Under the pieces are notes generated by a model. It made no database searches. It was not told the DNA's origin and saw only the letters and a program-made list of their open reading frames with translations. Positions 1-8,367 of a stretch of 22,339 nucleotides of DNA are shown in pieces (position 1 is the first letter of the stretch; every line of letters starts with the position of its first letter). A program made the translations under genes and the position numbers. The DNA is taken from UHGV virus genome UHGV-0337617. The stretch is one strand, 5' to 3'. This DNA is from a virus.

Positions 1-1
1 C

Positions 2-1753
2 CGTTTTGAGCTGATGGTGAATGAAGTGGCACGTCATGCCGGAGCGTCATCACAGAGTGCAGCGGCGGCAAAGAAATCCGAAACGGCAGCGACATCATCG
101 AAGAACGCGGCGAAAACCTCAGAAACGAATGCAGCTAACAGCGCACAGGCGGCAGCGGCCTCGCAGACTGCATCGGCAAACTCCGCGACAGCAGCCAAAA
201 AATCAGAAACCAGCGCGAAAAATAGCGAGACAGCCACAAAGGCCAGCGAAAAAAACGCAAAATCCAGCCAGACGGCAGCGAAAACCAGTGAGACGAATGC
301 CAAAGACAGTGAAGCCAACGCAAAGGTGAGCGAAACAGCGGCGGCGAACTCGGCGAAAGCATCGGCAGCAAGCCAGACGGCAGCAAAAGCAAGTGAAGAT
401 GCTGCCAGAGAATACGCAAACCAGACAGCAGAGCCGTACAGATATGTTTTACAGCCGCTGCCGGATGTGTGGATACCCTTTAATGATTCGCTGGATATGA
501 TTACGGGCTATTCTCCGGGTTATAAAAAAGTGAAGATTGGTGATAATGTGGTTCAGGTTGCCAGTGATAAACAGGTTAATTTCAGTCGCGCATCAACGGC
601 AACATATATCAACAAATCTGGCGAACTGAAAACGGCGGAAATTAATGAGCCACGATTTGAGTGTGATGGCCTGCTTATTGAGGGGCAAAGAACGAACTTC
701 TTCCCGAACAGTACAGACCCTTCGAAGTGGAATAAGTCAACTTCACTGGACGTTACAGAAACAGGCACAGATAGTTTCGGGTTTAATTATGGCCGGTTTG
801 TCGTACAGGATTCGATTGTTGGTACAAGTAAAGCGCATACCATTACCGGGCTGTATTCGAGTACCGGAGGGGTTGATACTTCAGGGGACGAAAAGCATGT
901 AACTATATCCTGTCGGGTAAAAAGTGAAGTTGATAATATCGCCGTTCGTATTTTATTTGAACATTATGATGGGGAGGTAAGGACATCAATAGGAGCAGCA
1001 AACCTGAACCTTACCACCCGCATAATTAGCAAGACAGGTCAGACAAGCCGTGTTACAGCAAGGTCTGTTAAGGATGATGCAACTGGCTGGATATTTTTTG
1101 AGGCTACATTAAAAGCAGATACAACAGAAAATACGGTTGGTGGTTTTGTCCAGTATTCTCCGGATACAGGGCAGATGGTTGCATCAGGGGATTATCTCGA
1201 TGTAACCACTCCACAGATTGAGGCTGGTACAGGCGCATCATCTTTTATTGTTACGGGGACGGCACCGGTAACGCGGGCAAGCGATATGGTTACAGTTCCG
1301 ATTAAGAATAATCTTTATAATCTTCCTTTTACGGTTCTTTGTGAGGTACATAAGAACTGGTATAAAACGCCAAATGCAGCACCGCGTGTTTTTGACACAT
1401 ACCGGCATCAGGCAGATGCGGGGATCGTAATGGGGTTTGGTTCATCAGGTGGGTACGACGGTTTTCCGTATTGCGATATAGGTGGTTCAGACCGACGAAT
1501 AAATGAAAATGCCGGGCTGGAAAAAATGCTTATTGGTATGCGGGTAAAGTCCGAACGGTCCACATGTGTAGTCAGTAACGGTAAGTTAAGCAGCGAAACT
1601 AAAACCAAATGGGAATATATCCGGAGTACAGCAACCATTCGCATTGGTGGACAAACTACAGCAGGATTACGCCATTTATTTGGGCATGTGAGGAATTTTC
1701 GTCTCTGGCATAAAGAGCTAACAGATGCGCAGCTTGGGGAGGTTGTGGAGTGA
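2..1753 (+). CDS. Tail fibre protein, 5'-partial (frame is open to the window start); N-terminal degenerate Ala/Ser/Thr/Lys-rich repeats
   Basis: Long ORF with no in-frame stop upstream of nt 14; repeated K-x-S-E-T/N-A motifs typical of lambdoid side tail fibres; followed by tail-fibre-associated ORFs and a Tfa remnant. Confidence 0.75.
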   Translation, partial: RFELMVNEVARHAGASSQSAAAAKKSETAATSSKNAAKTSETNAANSAQAAAASQTASANSATAAKKSETSAKNSETATKASEKNAKSSQTAAKTSETNAKDSEANAKVSETAAANSAKASAASQTAAKASEDAAREYANQTAEPYRYVLQPLPDVWIPFNDSLDMITGYSPGYKKVKIGDNVVQVASDKQVNFSRASTATYINKSGELKTAEINEPRFECDGLLIEGQRTNFFPNSTDPSKWNKSTSLDVTETGTDSFGFNYGRFVVQDSIVGTSKAHTITGLYSSTGGVDTSGDEKHVTISCRVKSEVDNIAVRILFEHYDGEVRTSIGAANLNLTTRIISKTGQTSRVTARSVKDDATGWIFFEATLKADTTENTVGGFVQYSPDTGQMVASGDYLDVTTPQIEAGTGASSFIVTGTAPVTRASDMVTVPIKNNLYNLPFTVLCEVHKNWYKTPNAAPRVFDTYRHQADAGIVMGFGSSGGYDGFPYCDIGGSDRRINENAGLEKMLIGMRVKSERSTCVVSNGKLSSETKTKWEYIRSTATIRIGGQTTAGLRHLFGHVRNFRLWHKELTDAQLGEVVE

Positions 1754-2028
1754 GAGATTTCACGTTGCGTTTCAGTGATAAAGCAGATTTCAGGGCATTT
1801 CTCAGGAAACTTAACTGGGAAGAGGACGAAGAGCTGCAGAATGCCGTTCTGGTTGATGAGATTGGTTTTACGTTCAGGGAGACAGATGTTTCTGATGACG
1901 GAGAACCAGAATACACGCGAAACGAAGGGTACTTTGTTAATATCCGTCTTCTTGACGATGGATTTGATGATTCCGTGTTCCGTGAGTGGGTGGTTACACC
2001 AGAGCGCCCGCTCAGGGAGTGGTTTTAA
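1750..2028 (+). CDS. Hypothetical protein downstream of tail fibre (possible fibre accessory/chaperone), acidic, 92 aa
   Basis: GTG start overlapping the tail fibre stop (GTGA), suggesting translational coupling; no recognised family. Confidence 0.45.
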   Translation: MRDFTLRFSDKADFRAFLRKLNWEEDEELQNAVLVDEIGFTFRETDVSDDGEPEYTRNEGYFVNIRLLDDGFDDSVFREWVVTPERPLREWF

Positions 2029-2037
2029 GGATAGCAG

Positions 2038-2331
2038 ATGGATATCACGTCGATACTTCATGCGCTTTGTGCCGTAGCGGTGCAGGTACTGGCTGGTCTT
2101 TTTACCGGAAACTGGGCTTACGGTGCGATAGCCGGTTGTACGTTCTTCATTGCGCGTGAACACACCCAGGCAGAATATCGCTGGATTGAAATGTTTGGGC
2201 ATGGCAAGAGGATTAACATGCCGTGGTGGGGCGGTTTTGATCCGCGCGTGTGGGATGTGGCAAGCCTGATGGATTTTGCTGTGCCGGTGGTGGCGTGTCT
2301 GCTGGTCTGGCTGTTGGTTAATCGTGGGTGA
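2038..2331 (+). CDS. Hypothetical small membrane protein (97 aa, hydrophobic segments)
   Basis: ORF starts 10 nt after previous stop; hydrophobic stretches at N- and C-termini. Confidence 0.5.
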   Translation: MDITSILHALCAVAVQVLAGLFTGNWAYGAIAGCTFFIAREHTQAEYRWIEMFGHGKRINMPWWGGFDPRVWDVASLMDFAVPVVACLLVWLLVNRG

Positions 2332-2341
2332 AAAAAGGTGA

Positions 2342-2473
2342 GCTGTATATGCAACGGCGGAGGAAGAAACCCCGTTGCTGGAAGCCTGGAAAAAGTATCG
2401 GGTGTTGCTGAACCGTGTTGATACATCAACTGCACCTGATATTGAGTGGCCTACGAACCCTGTCAGGGAGTAA
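2342..2473 (+). pseudogene. C-terminal remnant of a tail fibre assembly (Tfa) gene (43 codons, no start)
   Basis: Translation ...[37 protein letters not shown] matches the conserved C-terminus of E. coli prophage Tfa proteins as recalled (e.g. TfaR ...[32 protein letters not shown]); in-frame TGA immediately upstream at 2339-2341. Confidence 0.6.
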
Positions 2474-2588
2474 TCATTGGGATTATGCCGCAGCACGTCT
2501 TAAGCAAGAACGTGCTGCGGTTGGATGGTGAACTTTCGATAGTGCGAGTATTGAATGATTTCCAGCCGTTACAGATTTTACGTGCTAA

Positions 2589-2837
2589 TTAGTGAACAAA
2601 CCACTCGTCAGCAGACTCCCAGGTATCTTTCAGAGTTTCCTGAACAAAAGTTTTAGCTGAATCTTTATCGGCGGTGCGCGTAACAGAAAGGCCATCGTTG
2701 CTGGTAGCTTTTACGATCACCTCTACATCGTCATAACGTTTACTGATGCGTCGGGTTAATTCTTCCTTTAACGCATCCACAGCACCGGTTGGCATTTTAG
2801 TCATTTTTTCTTTGGCTATGCAGATTTCAATACGCAT
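2589..2837 (-). CDS. dinI: DinI-like DNA-damage-inducible protein
   Basis: 82 aa; MRIEI.IAK...L..EL.RRI...Y....V.V..........DK......ETW.SAD.WFV resembles E. coli DinI; GAGGGA RBS; LexA boxes upstream. Confidence 0.8.
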   Translation of the reverse strand: MRIEICIAKEKMTKMPTGAVDALKEELTRRISKRYDDVEVIVKATSNDGLSVTRTADKDSAKTFVQETLKDTWESADEWFVH

Positions 2838-2852
2838 AAAAGTCCCTCTACA

Positions 2853-2868
2853 CTGTGTTTGTATACAG
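2853..2868. promoter_or_regulatory. Putative LexA box (CTGT-N8-ACAG) upstream of dinI-like gene
   Basis: CTGTGTTTGTATACAG, 16 bp upstream of the dinI-like start. Confidence 0.5.
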
Positions 2869-2880
2869 TATCATTTTTAA

Positions 2881-2896
2881 CTGTATGGATAAACAG
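2881..2896. promoter_or_regulatory. Second putative LexA box (CTGT-N8-ACAG)
   Basis: CTGTATGGATAAACAG, 28 bp from the first box. Confidence 0.45.
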
Positions 2897-2922
2897 TGTC
2901 AAGGGTGAAGGAAAGTGATTTT

Positions 2923-2982
2923 TTGGGGCATGCATGGGGCAAAAATATTTGTTGTGGGGCATTTTGGGGCATGATTGGGACA
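2923..2982. repeat. Cluster of five direct repeats (A/T)TGGG(G/A)CA; candidate integrase arm-type sites (attP arm)
   Basis: ttggggca, atggggca, gtggggca, ttggggca, attgggaca within 60 bp; the unit TGGGGCAT(G/C)ATTGGGACA recurs at 3175-3192. Confidence 0.4.
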
Positions 2983-3128
2983 CTTTGTTACATATGAACT
3001 TTGCCGATTTTTATATGACATGGAAATACAACGCTTTGATTCTTCTAAATAAAAAACATGCTCTTGGGCGTTCTTTAGTGATTTTTAAAAATTCCGTATC
3101 ACGCAGTTAACATGACGGGTATTAAGGA

Positions 3129-4442
3129 TTAACTTACTGATTTTAATAAGCCTCTGGTGTCACTTTGGTGACTATGGGGCATCATTGGGACATAATCTGT
3201 CAGCTTCTGATTCAGCATTGCGATCTGTTCTGCATTGCTGTCAGTCATCCATGCTCCGTATACATTGAATACCATCTGGGCACTTGCATGGCCCATCTGG
3301 CTGGCAATGAAGCTTGGGTTTGCTCCGGCAGATAATGACCAGCACGCATAAGTGTGTCGTGACTGGTATGCCTTTCGATGCCTGATCCCTGCACGCTTAA
3401 TGGCTGTTTCCCATGAGTCACCTACAGAATCGACTTTGTAGACAAAACCTACCTGTTCGCTTTTTCTAACCACTTGAGGGTTAAACACGAAAGTACATTC
3501 ATGGTTCACTGAACGTCCATATTCACGTAGTTGCACCTTGATGTTGTACTGCTTACCCAGTCTTGTCATTTCAGCCTGATTTTTCAGGACACTGATAGCG
3601 GGCTGGATAAGGTGCACAACCCTGTTTGTGCTTGCTTCAGTTTTCGGTAGAGTGAACTCACCAAGTTTCGTATAATTGCGCCTGATGGTAATTGTTCCTG
3701 CCTTCAGATCGATATCTTCCCAGGCCAGGGAGACCAGTTCACCGTGACGCATTCCTGTGTACACAGCCAATGACCACAGGTTTTTCGTCTGCTGATGTCG
3801 GCAAGCATCTATCAGGCGAATAAATTCGTCACGAGTTAGCGGATCTGGCTCTGCCCTGGCTCTTTTAAGAGGCTTAATTCCCTGGAAGGGATTTGCTTCT
3901 AAGTAACCGTGATCTGCAGCAAACTGAAACATTCCAGCGATTGTCGTCATGTAATAATTTACAGTAACGACGCTCCGTCCTTTTGCTGCTGCTTTGTTTT
4001 TCGTTGAATTCTGATACCCGGTCAGCAAATCTTTCCTGATATACAGCAATTCCTCTTTGGTTACCGATGACACCAGTTTACTGCCTCCAATTTTCGGAAC
4101 CATCGTTCTTGCAACGGATTCATAGCGATTGAATGCATTTGCAGAGATTTCCATTCGTTTCAGATCCAGCCACTTTTCTTCAAGTTCCTTCACCGTAATT
4201 TCTTTTTTACTTACCCCAAAAGCCTGAAGGTTGGGGGAGTCAGGGAACTGTGCAGCATAATCAAAGCTTCCTGTGCGGATGGCAAAACATACTGATGTCC
4301 GCAGTTCCCCGGCGATCTTCCTGTTCTTGGCAGTGTCAGGGACACCAAGATTTTCCCTGACACGTTTACCTTTAAAATTAAACCAGATGCGTAATGTGCC
4401 GCCGTGGTTTTCGACGCCTGTTGGATATTTGACTTTATCCAT
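3129..4442 (-). CDS. int: Tyrosine recombinase / phage integrase
   Basis: 437 aa; C-terminal catalytic region with R...HxxR...Y pattern (GMRHGELVSL, RHTYACW, NVYGAW); GGAGGT RBS; xis-like gene immediately upstream. Confidence 0.9.
   Translation of the reverse strand: MDKVKYPTGVENHGGTLRIWFNFKGKRVRENLGVPDTAKNRKIAGELRTSVCFAIRTGSFDYAAQFPDSPNLQAFGVSKKEITVKELEEKWLDLKRMEISANAFNRYESVARTMVPKIGGSKLVSSVTKEELLYIRKDLLTGYQNSTKNKAAAKGRSVVTVNYYMTTIAGMFQFAADHGYLEANPFQGIKPLKRARAEPDPLTRDEFIRLIDACRHQQTKNLWSLAVYTGMRHGELVSLAWEDIDLKAGTITIRRNYTKLGEFTLPKTEASTNRVVHLIQPAISVLKNQAEMTRLGKQYNIKVQLREYGRSVNHECTFVFNPQVVRKSEQVGFVYKVDSVGDSWETAIKRAGIRHRKAYQSRHTYACWSLSAGANPSFIASQMGHASAQMVFNVYGAWMTDSNAEQIAMLNQKLTDYVPMMPHSHQSDTRGLLKSVS
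3174..3192. repeat. Second copy of TGGGGCAT(C)ATTGGGACA repeat at the 3' end of int; candidate arm-type site
   Basis: Matches 2965-2982 except one base; lies inside the last codons of int. Confidence 0.4.
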
Positions 4443-4497
4443 CGATACCTCCAGACGCCCAAGAGCGATACGAGCTTACATATTTCATGATATTAAA

Positions 4498-4734
4498 TCA
4501 CCTGGGTTGTTTGTTTTTCATTGAGGCGACCCAGGCATCTATTGCTTTTCTGTTATACATACATTCACTGGAAGGCTTTGGATTACCGTCTGGTGATACG
4601 TGAATATACTCTCTTCCAACCATCCAGCATTCTTTCCGGGCCCGAAGAATTGTGCCTGGTTTGAGCCCGGTAATTGCGATAAGAACGCTTTCACAAACCC
4701 ATTCATTGGGAGCCAGTTGAATCACATTGCCCAT
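4498..4734 (-). CDS. xis: Excisionase-like DNA-binding protein
   Basis: 78-aa basic protein directly upstream of int in the same orientation; GAGGT RBS. Confidence 0.65.
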   Translation of the reverse strand: MGNVIQLAPNEWVCESVLIAITGLKPGTILRARKECWMVGREYIHVSPDGNPKPSSECMYNRKAIDAWVASMKNKQPR

Positions 4735-4742
4735 GTATTACC

Positions 4743-4889
4743 TCACACAACACTCAGCCCACGGCAGTGGCACCACACTTCAAACATTCGTTTCACAATT
4801 TCACGACAGTAGAAGCCGTCAACATCTCGCGTCAGGTCATAGCGATTGCCGTAACGCTGGCGCACCCATAGCTCAAACGCTTTATTCAT
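4743..4889 (-). CDS. Small hypothetical protein (48 aa), not in supplied ORF track
   Basis: ATG preceded by AAGGAAG RBS; its stop codon sits inside the xis RBS (operon-like packing); MNKAFELWVRQRYGNRYDLTRDVDGFYCREIVKRMFEVWCHCRGLSVV. Confidence 0.35.
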   Translation of the reverse strand: MNKAFELWVRQRYGNRYDLTRDVDGFYCREIVKRMFEVWCHCRGLSVV

Positions 4890-4892
4890 TCT

Positions 4893-5135
4893 TTACTTCC
4901 TTTTCATGGCCCGTAATTTTTTCAGATGAGCCTCCTGCTCTGTTTCTGCCAGAATTTGTCGGTATTCCTGGTGATCAATCCGTTCAAACAGTTCATTGAA
5001 ATCGTTTATTTTTACTGACTGTGTTCGCCCATCAATTCTTCTGTACAACACAGTGTTGTTTATGCAGCGAATAATTATTACCGGGTAACCGGCACTGTCG
5101 GTATACAGTTGTCCCTGATTAATCAAAGCGAACAT
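4893..5135 (-). CDS. Hypothetical protein (81 aa from internal Met; longest ORF would start at 5258)
   Basis: Start at Met42 avoids a 92-nt overlap with the upstream gene; GAGAGCAGGAG upstream. Confidence 0.45.
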   Translation of the reverse strand: MFALINQGQLYTDSAGYPVIIIRCINNTVLYRRIDGRTQSVKINDFNELFERIDHQEYRQILAETEQEAHLKKLRAMKRK

Positions 5136-5166
5136 TTTTTCTCCTGCTCTCTGAATAGTGAGAACT

Positions 5167-5538
5167 TCAGAGCCGTATGTTTGTAGCGGGTTCAATACTG
5201 ATAATTTCTGCTGAGATAAGCATCCCGGCAAGCCAGAGCTCTCCGGACAGGTCTTCATCCTGGCATGTCAGTTCGCCAATATTAATGGTGGCCATGATAT
5301 CTGTTTCCCCTGTACGCTCATCCTCGACTTCTTCATAAGGCAGCGTTGCGTACAGGCTTTCAATAGCGCAACTGATAACATCGAGTCCGGTCAGGTTGCC
5401 ACCGACAGTGACTTCGAATGTTTCGCGGTATTCCCATTGCCCGAAAGTTAATCGAACGGTTTGTTTCGCCATGCGTCCGCATGACGTCAGATTTGGGTCA
5501 TAGTTCATTATTTGCGGTTGAGTATTATGAGTGTTCAT
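5167..5538 (-). CDS. Hypothetical protein (123 aa)
   Basis: ORF in leftward operon; no recognised family. Confidence 0.5.
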   Translation of the reverse strand: MNTHNTQPQIMNYDPNLTSCGRMAKQTVRLTFGQWEYRETFEVTVGGNLTGLDVISCAIESLYATLPYEEVEDERTGETDIMATINIGELTCQDEDLSGELWLAGMLISAEIISIEPATNIRL

Positions 5539-5579
5539 CTGCTTTTCCCTTAGCCCGACGGCCTGCCGGGCATATTAAG

Positions 5580-6407
5580 TTATTTAACCTGGATAAATGG
5601 TGTATTGGCACCGCTGGTCATGTATTGCGGCAGCGTGCCGTTCCATTTATTGATGGCTTCCAGCTCCATAACACCGGGGTTCTGACGCAGAGCTTCACCG
5701 CGTAAACGAATAGCATCGGCTTCAGCCTGGGCTTTTGTGCGAATCGCATCAGCCTGTCCGGCAGCTTCCGCGCGCAACATGTTGGCTTCCGCTTCGCGCT
5801 GTTTTACTTCCTGCTCGCGTTGCAGAGTTTTCTGGTTCGCCGTGACTTTGGCATTAATGCTGTCGATAACAGTAGGCGGGTACTCCGGCTTACCCACATA
5901 TGAGAGGCTTATTACCTGAATACCGATGGGCGTCATTTCTTCCTGAATGTCTTTAAGAGCTGCATCCAGCAGCTCAGACTTGCCGCCGTCGATAAATTTG
6001 TCGGTGGTCATTTTGCTGGCCAGTCGGTTGAGTGCGTCGGCTATCTTCTGGCGCAGGTCGGTGTCGGTAATGTCGTCCACGCCTTTGCGGTAGGTCTGAA
6101 AGACTGTGGTAACTTTGGATGGATCAACCTTGTAGGCTACTCCGATGTGGTAACCAATGGTTGTTCCATCGCTCATCTGGAAACTGAATGGATCATCGTA
6201 GGTCTTCATCTGCTTAAAGGTCGGGAAGATATAAACTTCAGTGTTCCAGCCTGTCCAGTAGCGACCAACACCGACCACTTCACCGACGCCTTTGTCGTCG
6301 CCAAGTTTGTTGACTTTGATGCCCACATTACCAGGCTCAACACGATCACAACCGACAAGGCCAATGGCAGGCAGAACAATGGCTAAAGAAAAAATAATTT
6401 TTTTCAT
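5580..6407 (-). CDS. SPFH/band-7 (prohibitin/stomatin-like) domain lipoprotein
   Basis: 275 aa; signal peptide with lipobox LVGC; central band-7-like region and C-terminal Ala/Glu/Arg-rich coiled coil (AEANMLRAEAAGQADAIRTKAQAEADAIR). Confidence 0.75.
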   Translation of the reverse strand: MKKIIFSLAIVLPAIGLVGCDRVEPGNVGIKVNKLGDDKGVGEVVGVGRYWTGWNTEVYIFPTFKQMKTYDDPFSFQMSDGTTIGYHIGVAYKVDPSKVTTVFQTYRKGVDDITDTDLRQKIADALNRLASKMTTDKFIDGGKSELLDAALKDIQEEMTPIGIQVISLSYVGKPEYPPTVIDSINAKVTANQKTLQREQEVKQREAEANMLRAEAAGQADAIRTKAQAEADAIRLRGEALRQNPGVMELEAINKWNGTLPQYMTSGANTPFIQVK

Positions 6408-6592
6408 CTTTTATCCTTAGTGAAAGAAAGCCCCTTATAAATGGTATAAATACATGGCGGGGTTAGAAACGTCAGTGCAAAGCCAGAAATCACCGCTACC
6501 GTATCCTTCATTGATATCAGAAACGGGACGAGCAATCCGTAAATACATGCGATAATTGCCAGTGATATAACTATTCTGAAATAAATGTTCAT
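6404..6592 (-). CDS. Small two-helix membrane protein (62 aa) translationally coupled to the SPFH gene
   Basis: ATGA start/stop overlap with the SPFH gene; two hydrophobic segments. Confidence 0.5.
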   Translation of the reverse strand: MNIYFRIVISLAIIACIYGLLVPFLISMKDTVAVISGFALTFLTPPCIYTIYKGLSFTKDKR

Positions 6593-6652
6593 GGTCCTCC
6601 TGCTGTATTCAGCTTGCCTTATTTAATTGCGTCATGGTTAATTTCGTTTACG

Positions 6653-7045
6653 TCAGAATGGTTTTGTTGCCATCAGTTCGTAATATCCGGCGCTCCATGT
6701 GTCATATTTTCTGAACCATTTTTCTGTATACTGTTTCCTGGCGATGAGTCTGCGCAGTCGTCTGATTGTTCGCTGGTGTGCGCGGGTGTACTCTGTGGTT
6801 GATTCTCCACGTTTCCATATTTCATTCCCGTTGAAGATAAAACGCTTGTCAGGATGGCGTTGTCGGAATCCTGAACGTTCAAAAGCGCGGGTGGTCATAA
6901 AGAATGCCAGGTAACGAATTGCCGTTTTTCGAGTGAGGCATTTTTTTGTTCTTCCGTGATGTGTTACAAAAAATAACGGGCCGACGGGTGTATCATGTTT
7001 CTGTAATGCCTGGTCAATGGCGCTGGCGGTGCGGTTGTCGATCAT
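6653..7045 (-). CDS. Hypothetical basic protein (130 aa)
   Basis: ORF in leftward operon; Arg/Lys-rich C-terminus. Confidence 0.5.
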   Translation of the reverse strand: MIDNRTASAIDQALQKHDTPVGPLFFVTHHGRTKKCLTRKTAIRYLAFFMTTRAFERSGFRQRHPDKRFIFNGNEIWKRGESTTEYTRAHQRTIRRLRRLIARKQYTEKWFRKYDTWSAGYYELMATKPF

Positions 7046-7260
7046 TTCTTTATTTCTCCCGAATAACGTTCATGACTCATTATTTCCCAGTTCCGGCCGT
7101 CGTCTTTCGATAACAGCCGCCAGCGACGGTTAACCTTCAGACTGAGATATCCGTTGCGCTGTATCCGATGCGGGAATATACGTCGGCATCTGTACCGCCG
7201 CAGGACCAGCAACGCCTGCTGGTGGACCCACTCAGGAATTCGCGTTGCTGTTAATGTCAC
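7042..7260 (-). CDS. Hypothetical small basic protein (72 aa)
   Basis: 4-nt overlap with downstream gene; Arg-rich. Confidence 0.45.
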   Translation of the reverse strand: MTLTATRIPEWVHQQALLVLRRYRCRRIFPHRIQRNGYLSLKVNRRWRLLSKDDGRNWEIMSHERYSGEIKK

Positions 7261-7447
7261 TGGTTTCCTCCTGAGCAGGTGCTGTTATCTGATACCCCGC
7301 TCTTTCTGCCAGCCATATGAATGTATCCATGCTGGCAATCAGCTCTCCATCGCGGACTTTGCAGACATCTGTTACCTGGCCATTTTCAATTGTCATAACG
7401 ATCTGCACTTTTTCGTGCACAACAGATACAGGGGATAAATTAGCCAT
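7232..7447 (-). CDS. Hypothetical protein (71 aa)
   Basis: ORF in leftward operon, overlaps neighbours by a few codons. Confidence 0.4.
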   Translation of the reverse strand: MANLSPVSVVHEKVQIVMTIENGQVTDVCKVRDGELIASMDTFIWLAERAGYQITAPAQEETSDINSNANS

Positions 7448-7806
7448 CAGTTAATTCCTCCGCTGATATATTTTTCTTTCGCGTAATCAATAACCTCTTG
7501 TAAAAGGTTGTCTATAATTAACTTTCCGGTTTCAGCCTGGTATTCAGTATGTTGATTAATCCCGATGGCATTCTGGTATGCAGTTCGGAATTCTGTTTCA
7601 CCCTCCACTCGACCCAATTCACCACGGGTAATATCTTCAAAGCGCAACAGCAACTGGTTTATAAACTGTTCTGTTATTTCTATGGTCGTAATGTTCCCAT
7701 CCAGAAGGTCAACAATAAGCAGATCACCACCTGTTTTACGTTTTATTCGATGGAGTGCTGCAACAGCTATACGGCGACGATATGTATTAATGGGTTCATG
7801 TGTCAT
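7447..7806 (-). CDS. Hypothetical protein (119 aa)
   Basis: ORF in leftward operon. Confidence 0.5.
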   Translation of the reverse strand: MTHEPINTYRRRIAVAALHRIKRKTGGDLLIVDLLDGNITTIEITEQFINQLLLRFEDITRGELGRVEGETEFRTAYQNAIGINQHTEYQAETGKLIIDNLLQEVIDYAKEKYISGGIN

Positions 7807-7809
7807 TTG

Positions 7810-7923
7810 TTATTTCCCGTATGCTTTACGCAGAAATAAGCAGGCAATATGCATGTAATTTTCACCGTATTGTGCAATAAGACAGGCGGTCTTGTGTGAT
7901 GCCATATTCTTTATAAAAGTCAT
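7810..7923 (-). CDS. Small hypothetical ORF (37 aa), not in supplied track
   Basis: GGAGG RBS 7 nt upstream of ATG; stop 3 nt before the next gene start; MTFIKNMASHKTACLIAQYGENYMHIACLFLRKAYGK. Confidence 0.3.
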   Translation of the reverse strand: MTFIKNMASHKTACLIAQYGENYMHIACLFLRKAYGK

Positions 7924-8001
7924 AATAAATCCTCCTGTGGATTAAGATTGTAACAATCCCCGGCGATAAAACCGCAATAAACGTTCAGAGCATATTTGTT
8001 G

Positions 8002-8367
8002 TTATTGCGCTAATTCTTTTTCGGCAGCAGTTTTTGCATACTCACATGCAAAATTCAGAATTTCGCTGCCGAGTGTTTTCGTTTCGTGATTACTGGACAT
8101 ATGTAATACCTGTGTTGCATGCAATAAATGATAAACATTTACCGCAAATGAATCAGGCTCCAGACAAATGCCTTCGTAATTATCTTGCTGTGAGGTTGTT
8201 TCTGTCATTGCTTCTGAAGTGCATGCGAGCCTGTTTTTGACAATTCTCTTTCCTCTAATCACTATATCGGCAACATCTATTGCCTTTACAACCTCCGGGA
8301 GAAGTTCCGGGTTTGTATAATCAAAGTCATCAACATGGAGAACAGTTATGTTTTCGAACTTTTTCAT
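8002..8367 (-). CDS. Hypothetical protein (121 aa)
   Basis: ORF diverging from the 8547..8774 gene across a 179-bp intergenic region. Confidence 0.5.
   Translation of the reverse strand: MKKFENITVLHVDDFDYTNPELLPEVVKAIDVADIVIRGKRIVKNRLACTSEAMTETTSQQDNYEGICLEPDSFAVNVYHLLHATQVLHMSSNHETKTLGSEILNFACEYAKTAAEKELAQ

Noticed and set aside
21-419. Three ORFs (21..329 +, 34..318 -, 135..419 -) encoding Arg-rich or Ala/Phe-rich low-complexity proteins
   Set aside because: They lie entirely within the repetitive 5' part of the tail fibre gene in alternative frames; composition is an artefact of the repeats and none has an RBS.
1408-2496. 362-aa minus-strand ORF
   Set aside because: Antisense to the tail fibre 3' end, both small plus-strand genes and the Tfa remnant; no RBS and no recognisable features.
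7042-7260. Possible second excisionase (weak resemblance of CRRIFP...NGY to lambda Xis CRIFP...DGREY)
   Set aside because: Similarity is limited to a few residues and a better-placed xis candidate sits next to int; kept as hypothetical.
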